Translations under genes and position numbers: made by a program
Notes under the pieces: model-generated
The model's input: only the letters and a program-made list of their open reading frames with translations
The model's database searches: none
What the model was told of the DNA's origin: nothing
Source: Eledone cirrhosa
Taxonomy: Eukaryota
Direction of reading: 5' to 3'
DNA: 64,000 nt
NCBI GenBank assembly: GCA_964016885.1
Contig: OZ024743.1
Span: forward strand, 166,222,001-166,286,000
In this document: positions 63,444 through 64,000 of the stretch, piece after piece
Layout of the letters: the number at the start of each line of letters is the position of its first letter
Numbering within the stretch: the first letter of the stretch is position 1

Positions 63444-63751
63444 CTGTTAAATAAAAAGAAAAGCAGAGTTAATGTTCTTAAAAAAGGAAGGCAAAAACAT
63501 CAGACCAAAGCAATAATGTTTCCATTGGTCTTTCCATTGATTGCTTCAGCCTGCCTGACAAATAAACAGGTTATACTCCTACCTCATAGATAAAGAGTTA
63601 GCAGTTAGAAGCACATGAAGTGTTCAGACCTCAGGATACATAGTACAATTGCGTACTTGGGTAAAACAAAGTACACAGTCTTCTTTGATGATAAACAGAT
63701 TCTACTCATGCTTTATAGTTGGAAGAATAGTCTAACGGCACACACACTTAC

Positions 63752-63835
63752 CCTGACAGTATATCTCTGGCCAAATTACGTTTCCGGTTTTGTAATGTAA
63801 CAATCCTTTCCTCAATTGTATTCAGACAGACAAAC
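63752..63835 (-). CDS. TTF2: TTF2/Lodestar SNF2 helicase penultimate exon, FVCLNTIEERIVTLQNRKRNLARDILS(G)
   Basis: Acceptor tattttcttag, donor gg|gtaagt, 84 nt. Matches the TTF2 C-terminal pattern [29 protein letters not shown] (recalled). Confidence 0.9.
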
Positions 63836-64000
63836 CTAAGAAAATATATGAGAAAGAAAATAAAAGCTTGTCTTTGATTCAATTTTTATCAAACTCCTGT
63901 TTCATTTAAACAATTTACACATATGATGCATAAGAACGTCTCCATCTCATCCTAATGTGGAGAAACAAGAGTGAGCCTCAGCAACAGATCATTTTGTCTG

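Overview
AT-rich, microsatellite-laden eukaryotic DNA; the SINE and LINE repertoire suggests an octopus or other cephalopod (inference). Two host genes lie on the minus strand. The first is the 5' part of a SLC30A9/ZnT9 orthologue: coding exons 10159-10288, 7638-7820 and 2541-2637, continuing off the left edge, with a probable non-coding first exon and promoter at ~41.9-42.1 kb. The second is TTF2/Lodestar, of which the last two exons are present (63752-63835, 63380-63443). Most of the rest is nested mobile DNA: RTE-clade LINEs, an L1/Tx1 LINE, CR1- and CRE-like scraps, Penelope-like elements, non-autonomous Helitrons, hAT/piggyBac/pogo-type MITEs and tRNA-derived SINEs. The most notable hidden structure is six type-I hammerhead ribozyme motifs at four loci. 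These include a retrozyme-like tandem array (44.6-46.6 kb) whose units are separated by (TA)n tracts holding different inserts, two hammerhead-bearing palindromes (one with the U3-A8 core variant), and a Penelope hammerhead with a ~97-nt stem II. Also notable are a twin-priming-like inverted RTE, a 12-kb hAT shell with intact TSDs, and uORFs upstream of the SLC30A9 start. All calls are by-eye; no searches were run.
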